In this document: positions 49,796 to 64,000 of the stretch, piece after piece | Position numbering within the stretch: position 1 is the stretch's first letter | How the letters are laid out: each line of letters opens with the position of its first letter | Assembly: GCA_951406725.2 (NCBI GenBank) | Contig: OX597815.1 | Coordinates: forward strand, 177,010,001 to 177,074,000 | DNA from: Octopus vulgaris | Lineage: Eukaryota | Length of the DNA stretch: 64,000 nucleotides | Reading direction: 5' to 3' | Program-made: the position numbers and the translations under genes | Notes under the pieces: generated by a model | What the model saw: only the letters and a program-made list of their open reading frames with translations | What the model was told of the DNA's origin: nothing | Database searches by the model: none

Positions 49796-51600
49796 CAGTA
49801 ATGATAAACCGACAAAAAATATGTAGTATTTGTGATCATCTCTTTTCTGCTTCTTTTAAAAGTTGAATAATTATATTTTCAGTTAAAATTTATAAAACCA
49901 TATTTCAATAATTTTTGTCTTATCAAATAAATTTTACATTATTTGTCAGGTTTTCCTTTACATTTATTTGTGAGGCAGCAAATTGGCGACGATTTCGATA
50001 ATTTTCATATTCGTTGCAGCCCTCTAATTTCGCTTGGGTTTGATAGCAAAAGTAGCAGTCCAGTACTTTGTGGTTGTTTTTATTCTTTCTCTCTGGAAGA
50101 AATCCGCTGTTTAGACCTGAATCGTGATGCACAGCACTCGGTCTGAGTAACCACCGCAAACCAATATCATGAGGTGTGTCTATGACTTAATCAGGCAGGA
50201 AGCAAGGAAAGATATCGTATACCATGCTAAAATACATACAGAGGAAGTAGGTTAATGATCGACTGAATGCGCACATTGGAATACGTACAATGATAAGCTT
50301 ATGAATACAGCAGTTTTCGCGTTAGATGCGTGGTCAGAAATGGCCTTCACGTAGGATGTGCTAACAGTTCAGTTCTTCTTCTAAGAGTGTATACCAACAA
50401 GTTTTAGATTTGCTTGCATACAGTATTGCGGTTTATTACGTTTGATTCATGTTCATCTACACCTACACAACGCAGTGCGTAAAATCGCATACGTAGTGGA
50501 AATCTAAAAGGAGAAACAAGACCTGCCATTCAACTTTGCTCATCTATCAGATAGGGGAGACTCGTGATTAAGTATAGCGCCATAGATTACAATGCTCCAG
50601 CCTTGGCTCGGCCAAAAGCCGGAAACTATTACAAGGATTGGTAAATGATTTTCCGTCGCCTCATTATTCTCGTTGCATGTGTAAATAATACATTAGATGT
50701 TGTCATTAACAGCTTGCTTTCTTTTGTCTCATTAATGAGTGTTGGTGTCAGATATTCGATTCGACTTATAAATAATATATTTATCATGGCAGATATTGTG
50801 ATACGGCAAAATAAAACGGGATAAACAGCCACCTTGGCAAGATTAAATATGTTTTAATCACTATGGAAAGACATTGGAAGGTGAAAACAAAAAGGAAAGT
50901 ATTTCGTACGTGTAATTGTAAAACATGACTTAGTGAATGGAGCGGGTTTTCTAGGTAGGTGGAAGCAGGTTGTTGCACGGAGGCAAATCAATTTGTCTTG
51001 CAGCATGAAGAACTTAATTACGTAATAACGTAACGAAGTTCCAAAGCTCAATGACTGATTGTATCTGCGAGCGAGCCAAACACTACACATGCACACAACC
51101 TCGAACATAACGATGCAAAGAAACAGTACAAGCAACCGCAGAATACACAAACACACATACAATCATACATACATACACATACATACATACAAGCAATCAT
51201 ACATACATACATACAGACATGAGTGTTATATACTTGCATGCAGAATTTAGTAGATGATGTTAACTTTTAGTGAGTGAAGTTAAATCTTTTAACCATGAAC
51301 AGAGAAGTCTATGAACCTAAGCACTAACACACACACACACACACACACACACACGCGTATATATACATACACAGATGTGAGTTCACATCTATACGCGAAT
51401 ACACTGTTATAAACATCTGCATATATATATACATACATGTATACATATTAACACACATACACACATATATATATATATATATATATATGGCTATACATAC
51501 ATATCTCTCTCTCTATATATATATATATGCGCATATATATATATGTATACATATATCTATATATATAAATACATATATATTTAGACATATTTATATATAG

Positions 51601-51633
<33 letters not shown>

Positions 51634-51715
51634 CACACACATATATACACGCATATTTATAGACATATATAAATATATATACACATATATACACGCATAT
51701 TTATAGACATATATA

Positions 51716-51846
51716 CAGGGTGTCCCCCAAAAATGTATACACATAGTGGTTCGGCAAAAGAGAACGATAGAATAAGTACTAGGCTTACAAAGAATAACAA
51801 ATTTACAATTATTTAAGGTGTGTATACATTTTTTTGGGACACCCTG
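51716..51846. mobile_element. Tc1/mariner MITE containing a SINE fragment
   Basis: TA|CAGGGTGTCCCCCAAAAATGTATACACA .. TGTGTATACATTTTTTTGGGACACCCTG|TA. Confidence 0.85.
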
Positions 51847-52815
51847 TATATATATATATACACATATATACACACATATATTTATAGACATATATATATA
51901 TACACATATAAGCAAATATTCTAGTAACAGTGTGCCCGCGTACTCAGACGAATACACCTATATATGTTTTTGTGTGGGAATAAATGATAAACGAATAATG
52001 TAAATTTTCTTCACTGTATATGTGACGTTCTCTTCACTCCAATAGATAGATAGAGAAAGAGAGAACTCTTACATAAGAAATCGTGAGAGTGAAATGCCTT
52101 AGTTCTTTTATTCATATTGAAAGAAATAACGTTGTAGATCTTTCTCCCCATTTATTCCCTTAATTCTTACGAAACAGGCTTTCTTGTGTTATCTTTCGAT
52201 CGTGGTCGAGACTTTAGGCCGTCTCTAGATGAATGAAAACTGTTTTGAAAACAAAACAGTATTAGAGCCTCTTGTCCGCTCCTCCACTTCGTTTATATAT
52301 AAAGTGCCAGCGAACATGCCGACACGCGCTGCAGAATGTATGCAGCTTTTGTATTAGTATCCAAACGAATTCCCTTTTACAGCGGTTATTTGTAATGTGA
52401 AATGATAAGACAAGTAGCTGAATGGATGCTACAGACTGGAACCCCCTGAGAATTGCTATCATCGAAAGGAACTGAAAAAGAAACGAAAATTCAAATAACG
52501 TTTCTATTTTTAATTGATAGAGCTATGTCAGTTGTGTTACATATATAGTAACCATTTGTCCGTTTTTGAAGCATATTCAGAATATGAAACGTATTTAATA
52601 TAATAATTCTGATATGCAATGCAAAAATAGACGGTGCTTCCGACCCGTTGATTTCTTTGAGGACAGCCGTTAAAACACGCGTTTATTCTGGTCTAGAATA
52701 GCTTTTATATAGGACGTTTATCTCTGCCTCTAACCCTTGTTGCAGGCTTACGTTCCTAATGCACACACAGAAATACTCATTCATACGCTTTGATGACAAC
52801 CCCACTTCCACAAAA

Positions 52816-52872
<57 letters not shown>

Positions 52873-53068
52873 CAGTACATCATTTACACGATGTGGAGAA
52901 TATATCGCCAGCATTGCCCAAACGACCTGAACATTAGTTTCATCCAAGGCTGGGACCACGGGCCATACGTCTCCTGCCCAATTCACGATTTAGATAATCC
53001 TATGAGGTGGTGCTATTAAGTTACACATGGCCTGGCCCAATCTTTGGTCGAAACATATCTAAGTTTTA

Positions 53069-53102
<34 letters not shown>

Positions 53103-54544
53103 TTGGATGTATATATATGTATATATGTATATGCTTTCGGCGCGAAGGGTTTCGTTATGCGGTGCCGTATTTTACAATCCTGTAAAATAATAATAATGGT
53201 ATTATTATATAAGCTTAAAGCTTATGTTAAAATACCATTATTATTATATATAAGACAGTTTCAATTCAAGTGTTGCTTTTAAACTAAATTCAACAGTTAA
53301 TAATATGTAAATCATGCAGAATAGTTCCAAATATGAACCTTCATCATTGATATTAGAAGCAAAACAATAAATATTCTAAACTAGGGGATTGTGAAAACTA
53401 GAAAGAAAAATAAAGGGATTTAGAGTTCGAAACTCTCAAACCAAAGTTAAATAGCTCTCAGATATTGTTGCATCTTTATAATTAAATTAAAAACTCCTTG
53501 TCGAATTCTTCATGACATACACTACCCCAGGTATTCATGCTGTTCGTGCTTCAGCAACAGAATTTCAAAAGGATTCTGTGTTTGATTGCAAGAAAGATAT
53601 TTGTTTTGCGAACAAGATCTCACTTACCCTCTCTGTCTGATTGTCTGTCTCCCTCCGTCCATCTCTCTCACTCACACACTCTCTCTCTCCCCCTCCTTCT
53701 CTTCACTTACACACCCATGTAATAATCGCACGCACACTTTGTTTCAAGATCTAGAAGCGAGTTTGTCGATGTGAGTAGGCGGAATGAAAGAAACGAAAAC
53801 AAATAGATTGATAAATGCGAAGCAGAGAAAGTGGCAGTTTATCATTGGCTCTACTTCGTTTACTGTGGTGTTGCGATAGTAATTAAGCGTTATATTTTCT
53901 TTGGCCCTAAAGGCAAAGTAAAGTAAATGATAAATGCAGTGTAGATAGAATACTGTTTGCACTGCATATGACCAGTTTCCAGAGGCTGATGAAATAAAGT
54001 AATTTAAATAACTGGACCGCATCAAAATGAAGTATTTCTAAGCTCACAGCCATCGGTGCCTGCGAACGAGTTTCAATTACGCTTCGTACAATTTCCTTTC
54101 AATTACACTAATATTAACTTCGTAAAGAAATGGAAATCACTATTTCACACCTTATAACTTTATCTTAATATATACACACACACGCATTCGCGTGTGTGTG
54201 TGTGTGTTTGTCAGGAATAAGTTTCTATTGCTGATTTTGTATTCTCCATGTAAACTTAGTGCAAAAAAGAAAAGAGAGAGAGAGAGAAAGACAGGGAGAG
54301 GGGAAGAGTGAGAAATAATGAAGAAAGATTTGGTTGTTTCACGGGAGGGCTTGTAAAATCGTTTGTGTATATTTTGAATAAAACACCCACATAAAACAGA
54401 AGTGAGATGAAGAAAATGACGAAGAATGAAAAAAAAAAAACACGGGCGCGAAATGCGTTTCAAAATCTAAGCATTACAGACCCCTCAAAATATATGAATG
54501 TTATATCTTTATCGCCCATCGATATTATAGCTAGTCGTTGACGG

Positions 54545-54870
54545 TCAGAGTTCAAATTCCGCTGAGGTCCCCTTTGCCATCCATCCTTTCGGGGTCGATA
54601 AAATAAATACCAGATAAGAATTGGGGTCGATCTCTCTCGAAATTTCTGGCCTGGTGCCAAAAGTTGAAACCAATCTCATATCTTATCACATATTTGAGCC
54701 AAGTGGTTAATTAATTGACCCTATTGCTTGACTGGTGCTTTATTTCATCGAATTCGGATGACTGAAAGGCGTAGGCAACCATATTAGCTCTGAACTCGGA
54801 AGGTAAGGAGCCGAACTAAATATATGAAGTATTTTGTTCGACGCACAAACGGTTCTGCCGATCCACCGCC
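54545..54870. mobile_element. Two degenerate SINE family 1-related fragments in opposite orientation
   Basis: GAGTTCAAATTCCGC..CATCCTTTCGGGGTCGATA (+); ACTGGTGCTTTATTTCATCGA..GAAAGGC..AACGGTTCTGCC (-). Confidence 0.65.
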
Positions 54871-56476
54871 ATTTCCCCTACACATCTCCGTCTTGTATTA
54901 GGTCCCTATTCTTTATATGCGTGGGTTGGTATCAATGGATAGGGATACAGAAGACGAGGTGAAATCAGTGTGTTACCTGCAATTGGAATATTTTCCTTTT
55001 GCCGTTGGAGGCGCTGTTGACTTTTACCCTCTGACACTGCTGACCAAAGCCTGAAGAAGGGATCCTTCGATTTCCCAATCAACTGCACCAACTGAAGACT
55101 ATATTATCTTCAGCGGCAACTCCAGACATTCCACCGGTGACGTCCTCAAAACAACAGCACTTTCCGGAAACTTAGAAGTTGTGTCTGCTGTTGCTCCTCC
55201 ATTTCTTTTTGCATTTGTTGTAACTGCGAGCAGAGAACTCCCAGCTCACTTTGTGCTCCTCTCATATATAAGAGCTCTACTTCTCCTCTCTTTACTATGA
55301 CACAGCCTTTTCTTTCGAATCTACAACAAAGGTGAGAGCTGCCAACTAACTTTTTGCTCCTCACATCACATATATGAGCTCTACTTCTCCCTTCTTTACA
55401 ATGACATAATTGTAGATTCGAAAGAAAGGACTAAGATGGATGTTGTAGACTTGGAAAACACACAATCTCATTTGTAGACTGTGAACCCACCGGGGCTCGT
55501 GATCTCAGCATTCATGACTTTCTCATACTGTGCCAGAGAGGTAGCAACAAACAAGTCAGCATTGTTTCTAATATCTCTGACTCTGAACCTAAACTATCAT
55601 CGCTCTAAGGAATGTGACTCAAATGTATACACAGTTGTATTTCTTACTTGTTCGGCTTTTTGCTTGATCCGTCCTCATTCCCGAAAACTAAACATGCAGA
55701 CATATACTCATTGTCCCAACCAATTGAAATAAAGTCCCTTTGTTCGTCGGTCTGCCCTACGTGTAAACGTTTCTTTGTTGGTATAAAAAGGGACCCAGTA
55801 GTTGAAGTAGGGACGATATATGGACTTTTATTCATTTGTAACCCGCCAAAACCATGTCCGGGAAAATAACAACTTTATACCGCAGATCTGTTATAATGAT
55901 TTGCTATAATGTTATCACACTTAGGATCTAATTGTCTGTTCGTTGTGACATTGGAAACTGAAGGAAAAAAACAGAAACTGCTTGATAGCCTTTTTACTCA
56001 ATAATGGCTGTGTGTGGTGCATATATGGTTGTGTGTGTATGTATGTGTGCGCGTATACACGAGCGCAGTTGTTACCGCTAATTACTTCATTACTTTTAAT
56101 TTCAATATGTCAATAATAATTTCCTGTTTGTCCCATGACACAGTGAAACGACTCTTTTATTTATTTCGTGGCATAAGTCTCCTTATCGAATGAGTGCTTT
56201 CAACAGATTTCTTTCTTCTTTTGTTTTATTATTTTTGTTTGTTTTACATTTGCAAGGGGCGGGGAGATATATCACTTGTTGTGGAATTGTTTACAAAATC
56301 TAAAAAAAAAAACCCCAAAAAACAGTATCAATGTCAGAAACATTTTTTGTAAATATCCTTTTTCTGCGTTAATACATTTAAAGACTGGGTTCGTTATAAA
56401 CGACTTATCCACGCGCTCCTAATTGCTGGCGTTGCGCCAAAATTTGAAACCATTATCATTATTATTATCATCAGTA

Positions 56477-56876
56477 GGAGTGGCTGTGTGGTAAGTAGCT
56501 TGCTAACCAACCACATGGTTCCGGGTTCAGTCCCACTGCGTGGCATCTTGGGCAACTGTCTTCTGTTATAGCCCCGGGCCGACCAATGCCTTGTGAGTGG
56601 ATTTGGTAGACGGAAACTGAAAGAAGCCTGTCGTGTATATATATATATATATATATGTGTTTGTGTGTCTGTGTTTGTCCCCCTAGCATTGCTTGACAAC
56701 CGATGCTGGTGTGTTTACGTCCCCGTTACTTAGCGGTTCGGCAAAAAAGACCGATAGAATAAGTACTGGGCTTACAAAGAATAAGTCCCGGGGTCGATTT
56801 GCTCGACTAAAGGCGGTGCTCCAGCATGGCCGAAATCAAATGACTGAAACAAGTAAAAGAGTAAAATAGTAAAAGA
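56477..56876 (+). mobile_element. SINE family 2, full length
   Basis: GGAGTGGCTGTGTGGTAAG (A box), GGGTTCAGTCCC (B box), CTTGGGCAACTGTCTT core, internal (TA)(TG) tract, tail (GAGTAAAA)n. Confidence 0.92.
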
Positions 56877-58369
56877 GGGTAGTAATAGTAGTAGTTGTCG
56901 TGGCAGCAGCAGCTGTAATTTTAGTTACAGTAATACTAGTGCCAAGATCTTCGTACCTCAACTTTAGCTACAATACCCTCAATAATTGCATTGAATAATG
57001 TTATCAATCCAGATATCTATAGTTGAATATTTGTTCTGATAAGCTACTCTTTGTTATGTCCAGGTGGAATCTAGATATGTTTGTTTCCAGTATTGATCCA
57101 TTGATCACCTGTATCACGTAGACTCATCTTAGAGCTCATTGTCTTAACAACGAATAACGATTTTATTCTTAGTTTCGTCCATTGCCTTGTTATCGCTACA
57201 GGACTTATCTCGACAAAACAAACAGCGAAACTGTTATGCATATATTGTTGATATTAACAGCATATGTTACAGCGAAAACTCAGTCTCAAAGAATATATAC
57301 ACACTCCATATAAAATAAGATATATTATCGTTGAAAGTATTCTTGTTGTCGCTGTTGATATTAACGATGATGATGATTGTGGTGGTGGTGACGGTAATGA
57401 TGGCTGATCAACATAGTTTTATTCAAATGTTCCGTGGCTTTAATTACTTCCCTTTGCGTTTGAATTTTATTACTCCTGTGGTCAGACTTCATTATTTCGA
57501 ATAAAGGACATAAATGCCATTAATGTGTGCTCTTGCTCCGGTTATAATAAAGCGCCATCTTTATTATTGAATTTAGGAAATTAGAAGCCATTATTATTGG
57601 ATTTACACCGGCAAGTCTTTTCTTAAACCGCTCCTCTATGACCTGTTTCCAATTGTATTTTCTCTTAGTTTGTGGTATTTATTCGGTGAGTATCATATGA
57701 AGAAAGCGGGTGAGATATTAATTGCTATACATCTTTCCCATTTAAAAGCAGATATTTTGTTAATTGTTATTTGTTTCTGTCTGCACGACTGGCATTTATT
57801 TGAACAGAGCTACGTCAAAAGTGCTCGTCACCTTCCCCAGTTTAAATGTACAAGCACTCACACACATGCATGTGTGTGTATACATACATATATATATATA
57901 TATATATACTTATTAATCTACAATTCCAGTCTGTTATATATTTTGAGTAGTTATTACTAGCGATCTCAACATATAACAAATATATATAGCCGCACATGTT
58001 CAAAGTCTTGGGAAGGATTAGCTACAATTCAGTAACATTTACAACCTTTACAGCAACAAAGAATTATCATATTTGCGAACAATAACAAAATACCGAGAAG
58101 AAAGTCAATTATAATATTGTAGATAACCGGGGAGGGGTGGATACCCTCGTTACATAAAATAGTTCCTTTCTATTATAGACACAACGCCTGAGATTTCGGG
58201 GAGGTGCGCAGTCGATTACATCGGCCCCAATGTATAACCAGTACGTATTTCATCTATCCCGTTACTGCGACAGTCATAGAAATTCTAAGATTAAAATGAT
58301 CAACTATGAGAGACAAAAGTAGACTACTTTATAAAATTCCAAATCTGAAATAGTTAACACTATTGCAAA

Positions 58370-58745
58370 TAATGAAAACAAACGATGCTGGATCATAGAT
58401 ATACCATGCCTATCTGACAACAAGGTATGCGATAAGGAAGAGAGAAAAGTCGAGAGATATGACAGGTTAGCTTGGGAAGTTAAGCAGTTGTGGTCGATGA
58501 AAAAGGTAGCAGTAGTACCAATAATTGTCGGAGCCCTGGGAACAGTGAGCAAAAATCTCGAAAAGTACGTGGAACAAATAGGGGCTGCAATAAAGGTGGA
58601 GCACTTGCAGAAAATAGCACTGCTTGGAACCGCATGAATACTCTGGAAGATGCTCGAAATATAAGAGGTGTTACCTTAGTTCACTGGTAGTGAACAGCTG
58701 ACACCGTAGTACATCTCCACCTTTAGAAGCTGTGCAAAGGCAATG
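58370..58745 (+). mobile_element. Dong/R4-clade LINE 3' end
   Basis: Closely matches the reverse complement of 35460-35830; ends in (TAA)n. Confidence 0.9.
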
Positions 58746-59120
58746 GTGAGGATGATGATGATAATAATAATAATAATAATAATAATCCTCTTTATGCATT
58801 AGCCCGGAACGTGTCTTTGGAAAATGGAAGGTCACCTATGCACAAAATACGCACTAGACATCGAATACTATATACAAACTTCTTCCGCAAGCGTTAGTGA
58901 CATCCTATTAAATAAAAAAAATTCTATGAAATAGTTTAAAAATAATCTTTTAAAATCTTTTTCTATTCATTGTAACTATATCAAGCAATTTTTACAAAAG
59001 CTTTTATATGTATTTATGCTCTTATTATTATTACTTTTTTAAAAATCTTAACTCATGTCCATTCTCCATAAATCTTCTCGTTATGCATCTGTGACTTCTT
59101 CAGTGACACTTTTCGTTTTC

Positions 59121-59284
<164 letters not shown>

Positions 59285-60045
59285 CAGTGCTTCAAAATGT
59301 TTCCTCTCTTCCAATTCAGGGACGATACAACCTGTAACCAACGAATTAGTAAAGAGACTCGCTTTATTACAAAATACAGACTCCCTTAGAACGCGTTACA
59401 ACAAACGACATATCCACCACGGCCTTAGAATAACGCAAATACATACGCAAATATTAAAGATGATACACTCAAGAGATACCCAAGAATTCAATTAAAATCA
59501 TTTCCAATCACGGCTATAATCTATAACGAGCTACTTTTAAGTCACTTGACCATTTAACATCCTACTGCTATCATACCATATACATTCCTTACTTATTCTC
59601 CTTCTTCTTCGTTTTCTTCCTCTCCGCCACCTCCTTCCTAACTTTACCACTATTGCTGTTTAGAATAACACCTACGCAAATGCTATAAACAATACATTCA
59701 ATAGAGATGTGTCACGAATTCAATCACTACTACAATGCACACCAAGTCATTTTCAGGGCACTTGACCATTTAACATTCTACTATTATCATAACACTTCTG
59801 CATTCTTTTTCTCCCTTTCCTCCTCCTCCTTTTCTACTCCTTCTCCTTCTTCTTCCCTGCCAATAATTCACAACGACCTCGAACCCACAAGAGAGACAGA
59901 AACAGGCAGAAACAAAGAAAAACTTTAATTTTTCCAAAATGTAATTGTTTTCCATACTTACAGTTGAAAAAGTTTCAATGACTGAAACCGGTACTGAAAT
60001 GGTTTTTATAAAATTATTTTACCATTTTCTACCTTGACTTTTTTC

Positions 60046-60095
<50 letters not shown>

Positions 60096-60096
<1 letters not shown>

Positions 60097-60610
60097 TAGC
60101 AGTATCGCCCGGCGTTGCTCGGGTTTGTAAGGGAAATAACTATATAAGCATTTTTAGAGAGTTACTTCCTTTATAGATGCCAATTCGGGCTTTCTTAGCC
60201 ATTTCTGTTTTGGTGTCTTCAAGCCATGAAGTCGTTGTTCTAAAAGAACGCTGGTCTCTTTGACAACGCATTACGACGTTGATTTCTTTACACTCCCTTC
60301 CCCACAGCTTCACGAGGGAGGGAAGAAGGGGGAGAAGCAAACACAGGTGCAGGCGTGAGCGTGGACGCCAACTCCGCCGCCATCGACACACGAAAAATTA
60401 TGCATTAAAATGGAATAAAAAATGATGTTAAATTATTTTTAAAATCGTAGACTCATCGTAGACGCGCGCTAATAACCAGACGGGCTCGATATTAATCACG
60501 ACTATAAGATACCCGAATTTGGTTAAACTGCACCGCAAAATGTGGGAGAAGTTAGGAATCTAAATCGTAGGAGACAGACACTCACACAACTACAGTTTTA
60601 TATATATAGA
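60096..60610 (-). mobile_element. Non-autonomous Helitron (515 bp)
   Basis: Minus strand A|TCTATATATATAAAACTG ... CCCGAGCAACGCCGGG hairpin CGATACTG CTAG|T: 5' TC, 3' CTAG, subterminal hairpin, A/T target. Confidence 0.88.
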
Positions 60611-61849
60611 TATATATATATATAAATATGCGTGCGTGTGTGTATGTATGTGTGTGAGTATATATGTGTGCGTACATGTGTGTGTGCGTGTGTATATATA
60701 TATATACATATGTGAGTGTGCATATCTAAAGTACACAAAAATGGAAAAATTTCTCCATTTTCTGTTTACTTAAAATTTGATTCCTGATAATCTTATGTTT
60801 ATCTTTGTCATTACCTGTAATATGCTCATATTATATGTATATATCCAGGTTTAGCATAGGTAATTATACCGCTAGTAAAACGGATAGTTTTATCCCTTAT
60901 AGAGTTATTCCAATCTCTAACTCTACTAACCTTATACACACACACGCATCTATATATGAAACTCATTCTGCTCTTCCTTGATAAAGAGGTCCTGTACCCT
61001 GACAGAGGTACAGACAAACGAATCGACTACAAGTGCTATTAAAAATACAATCGAGGCTACACAACATTTGTAACATTGATCAGGATGCAAGTATCATCAT
61101 TATTATTATTATCATTATTAGAATCAGTCGAGAAAATGTTTAAATGCTTCGCAATATTAAGTTTATATCTCTTTGCAGTCTACAGTTAAAATCCAGCCTT
61201 TTATTTTTCCAAATCCCGAAAATGAACTAAAACTCAGGACCTGGGGCCATTTTTATCACACACATCTGCCAGATGTCCGATAAATATATTTGTAAATAGA
61301 AAAAGCAGTTATTCTTCAAAGAAATTAATCATCATCTGATTTCGAAATACTTCGCCAGCGCCGTGTTATATGTTGTCAACATTTTGTGAGATAATATGGT
61401 CTTAGATTACAAATTGATACAAGATTCCACTGAAATAGGACTAGATTTATGACGTAATGCTTACAGGAGACTGACAGAACCAAGTTCAAACGAATTTATC
61501 TCTTCCCAACATAAACAAGGATTTATTACTATCTCTCCACGTATTATGTGTGTGCAGATGTAAATACTCGTAGCTTTGTGTAGGTACACGTTCTCCAATA
61601 ACAACTCTTGCTGTCCTACTCTCATCAATGAGTCTTTCGTCTTCCCTCATCAACACGTATACATTTGTCTCCAGGCACCTAGACGAACTTAACACAAGCA
61701 CACACACTCACGTACACACACACACATCCACACGGTTACACAGGTAGCATACATGTGCACACTGAGATGTGACTATCATTTTTTGTCATAACAATGTTGC
61801 GTTGTTTGTATTCGTATTCTGTCTTTCTCGGTCGCTATCCTTACGTTCG

Positions 61850-61882
<33 letters not shown>

Positions 61883-62147
61883 ATATACGCGTGTGTGGAT
61901 GTGTATTAAGTACGTGCGTATATTTTTGTATGTACATGTGAAGTGTTTAAAAAACGCTAAAGGTTGATACATAGATAAGTTTCATTCGATATTATTGATG
62001 TATAATTGGATTAGCAGGCAAAAATGAGTTAACGGAGAAAGTCTATAAATAGTGTGTCACGTAGTGTAATTCAAAATTATATTATCCCGAGCTTCACTTT
62101 AAATAAAGAAAAACTCATTTTTTGCTCTTCACATCACACATAACGCA

Positions 62148-62222
62148 TATATATATACACACACACATATATATATATATATACACACACACATATATAT
62201 ATACACACACATATATATATAT

Positions 62223-62273
<51 letters not shown>

Positions 62274-62532
62274 TATATATATACACACACATATATATAT
62301 ATATACACACATATATATATATATACACACATATATATATATACACACATATATATATATATATATACACACATATATACACACACACACACATATATAT
62401 ACACACACACACACACATATCTAAACACACACACACACACACATATCTAAACACACACACATATCTAAACACACACACACACACACATATCTAAACACAC
62501 ATATATATAGATACACACACACATACACACAC
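62148..62532. repeat. Mixed (TA)n/(CA)n compound microsatellite
   Basis: Directly visible. Confidence 0.97.
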
Positions 62533-63308
62533 GCCTGTCATATTTACTTGCTTACATTCACATTCGCTGACATACAGGTTTAGACAAAAAGACATATCTT
62601 ATGAGTGCCATGCATATACGTCTGATATCACCATGTGATAACTTTGTATATCACTGTCAAAACGCATTAGTCACTTGATTATTACGTGTTCCATTCCTTT
62701 TTGTATTTCGACTTCGATCGAGGTTGACGTACGTCTCTTTATATTCCATAAAATTACACCAGTCACTGACAGGGGACGATTGAATTACTTAGAAGTCTGT
62801 CGTATGGAGAATATATATTTCTTTCGCAAAAATGCTGGCAATAATTGCATTTTTTTTTGTTTTGGTTATTAGTTATGATGTCGGTGGCTGTGTGAAACTT
62901 CATCAACGTTACCAAAGCGGACCTTTGTGTGACCGAGTTAACCAATCCAATCTAATAGCAATATATTATATTACACTTCGGAAATTCATATATACATAAA
63001 GTGTCTGCGTTGCGTGTGAAAAACTGGATGCTGAATGCATATGGGTGAAGTTTTTGACACTTGTAATAATTTAGGTTTAAATGCCCGACTAACGATTTGG
63101 AAAGTCCTGTTGCTTGGAGTTTTTTTTTTATCTTTCGTCTTGCTTCTTTTACTTTACTCAAGTAATATTTAATGGTGTCAAACTAGATTGCATTTTCCAC
63201 CAACATGTTAGATCTACTTATTGTGTATAATATTTAATTCATCGTAGAGACAAGGAGCCAATTACGAAACCTGAATATCATATTCAATAATATTGATACA
63301 CTAGGCAA

Positions 63309-63521
63309 GGCGGCGAGTTGGCAGAATCATTAATACGCAGGGCAAAATGCTTAGAGCTATTTCGACCGTCTTTATGTCCTGAGTTCAAATTCCGCCGAGG
63401 GTATTTGCCTTTTGTCTATTCGGGGGCCGATCAAATGGAAACAAACTGAGTGCTGGTGTCAATATAATCGATGTAACCCTTTCCCCAAAACCGCTGACCT
63501 TGTATCAAAATTTAAGACCAA
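63309..63521 (+). mobile_element. SINE family 1-related with 15-bp TSD
   Basis: Head GGCGGCGAGTTGGCAGAATC; ATTGATACACTAGGC at 63292-63306 and 63523-63537. Confidence 0.88.
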
Positions 63522-63855
63522 CATTGATACACTAGGCGCATGCATGTGCCTTCTACACACACAACGTGTGTACGAAAATCCGAAACTAAGCGCTACCTTT
63601 GATAGCCTACATTTGAAACGGCTTCGCTGTGGAAAGCAAAGTAGATAATATTATATCGGACACAAGAGACGCGTTTACAGGAGGCTGACCATTCTTTAAA
63701 AGATAAGCGACTCTTATCTATCATCCAAGGAAACAAATACAAAGTTGTTATGTTGAGAAGAAAGAGTGTGTATGTGTGGGTTGGTAGTTGTAATCATCCT
63801 CTGAATAAATGCGTGTTTCTCTGTGTACAGATACGTATATATATAGACACCTTAA

Positions 63856-64000
63856 GGCGGCGAGCTGGCAGAATCGTTAGCACGCCGGGCGAAATACGTA
63901 GCCGTATTTCGTCTGCCGCTACGTTCTGAGTTCAAATTCCGCCGAGGTCGACTTTGCCTTTCATCCTTTCGGGGTCGATAAATTAAGTACCAATTACGCA
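63856..64000 (+). mobile_element. SINE family 1, cut by window edge
   Basis: Near-identical to 3012-3156. Confidence 0.93.

Noticed and set aside
52990-53070. CCTATGA..GAAACATATCTA HHR-like motif
   Set aside because: Core and stems too degenerate to call.

Overview
AT-rich, repeat-saturated eukaryotic DNA with no intact protein-coding gene that I can support. Most ORFs in the track are translations of microsatellites. The repeat inventory (several tRNA-derived SINE families, Dong/R4-type RLE LINE 3' ends in (TAA)n tracts, RTE and CR1 3' ends, mariner/Tc1/hAT MITEs, a Helitron, very dense microsatellites) suggests a coleoid cephalopod, probably Octopus, intergenic or intronic region. That assignment is from recall, not a database search. 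The most notable signal is a dense set of short elements anchored in (TA)n tracts that carry type I hammerhead-ribozyme (HHR) motifs of at least five distinct designs, including recurrent non-canonical cores. Several of these form fold-backs like the inverted pseudo-LTRs of Penelope-like elements (PLEs). One HHR element interrupts, with a 41-bp duplication, a decayed intronless reading frame of unknown origin. Other points are SINE head/tail swapping, nested insertions and a concentric SINE fold-back that could be an ADAR substrate. All alignments and folds were done by eye, so coordinates of degenerate elements are approximate. SINE family numbers and HHR family letters are my own labels.
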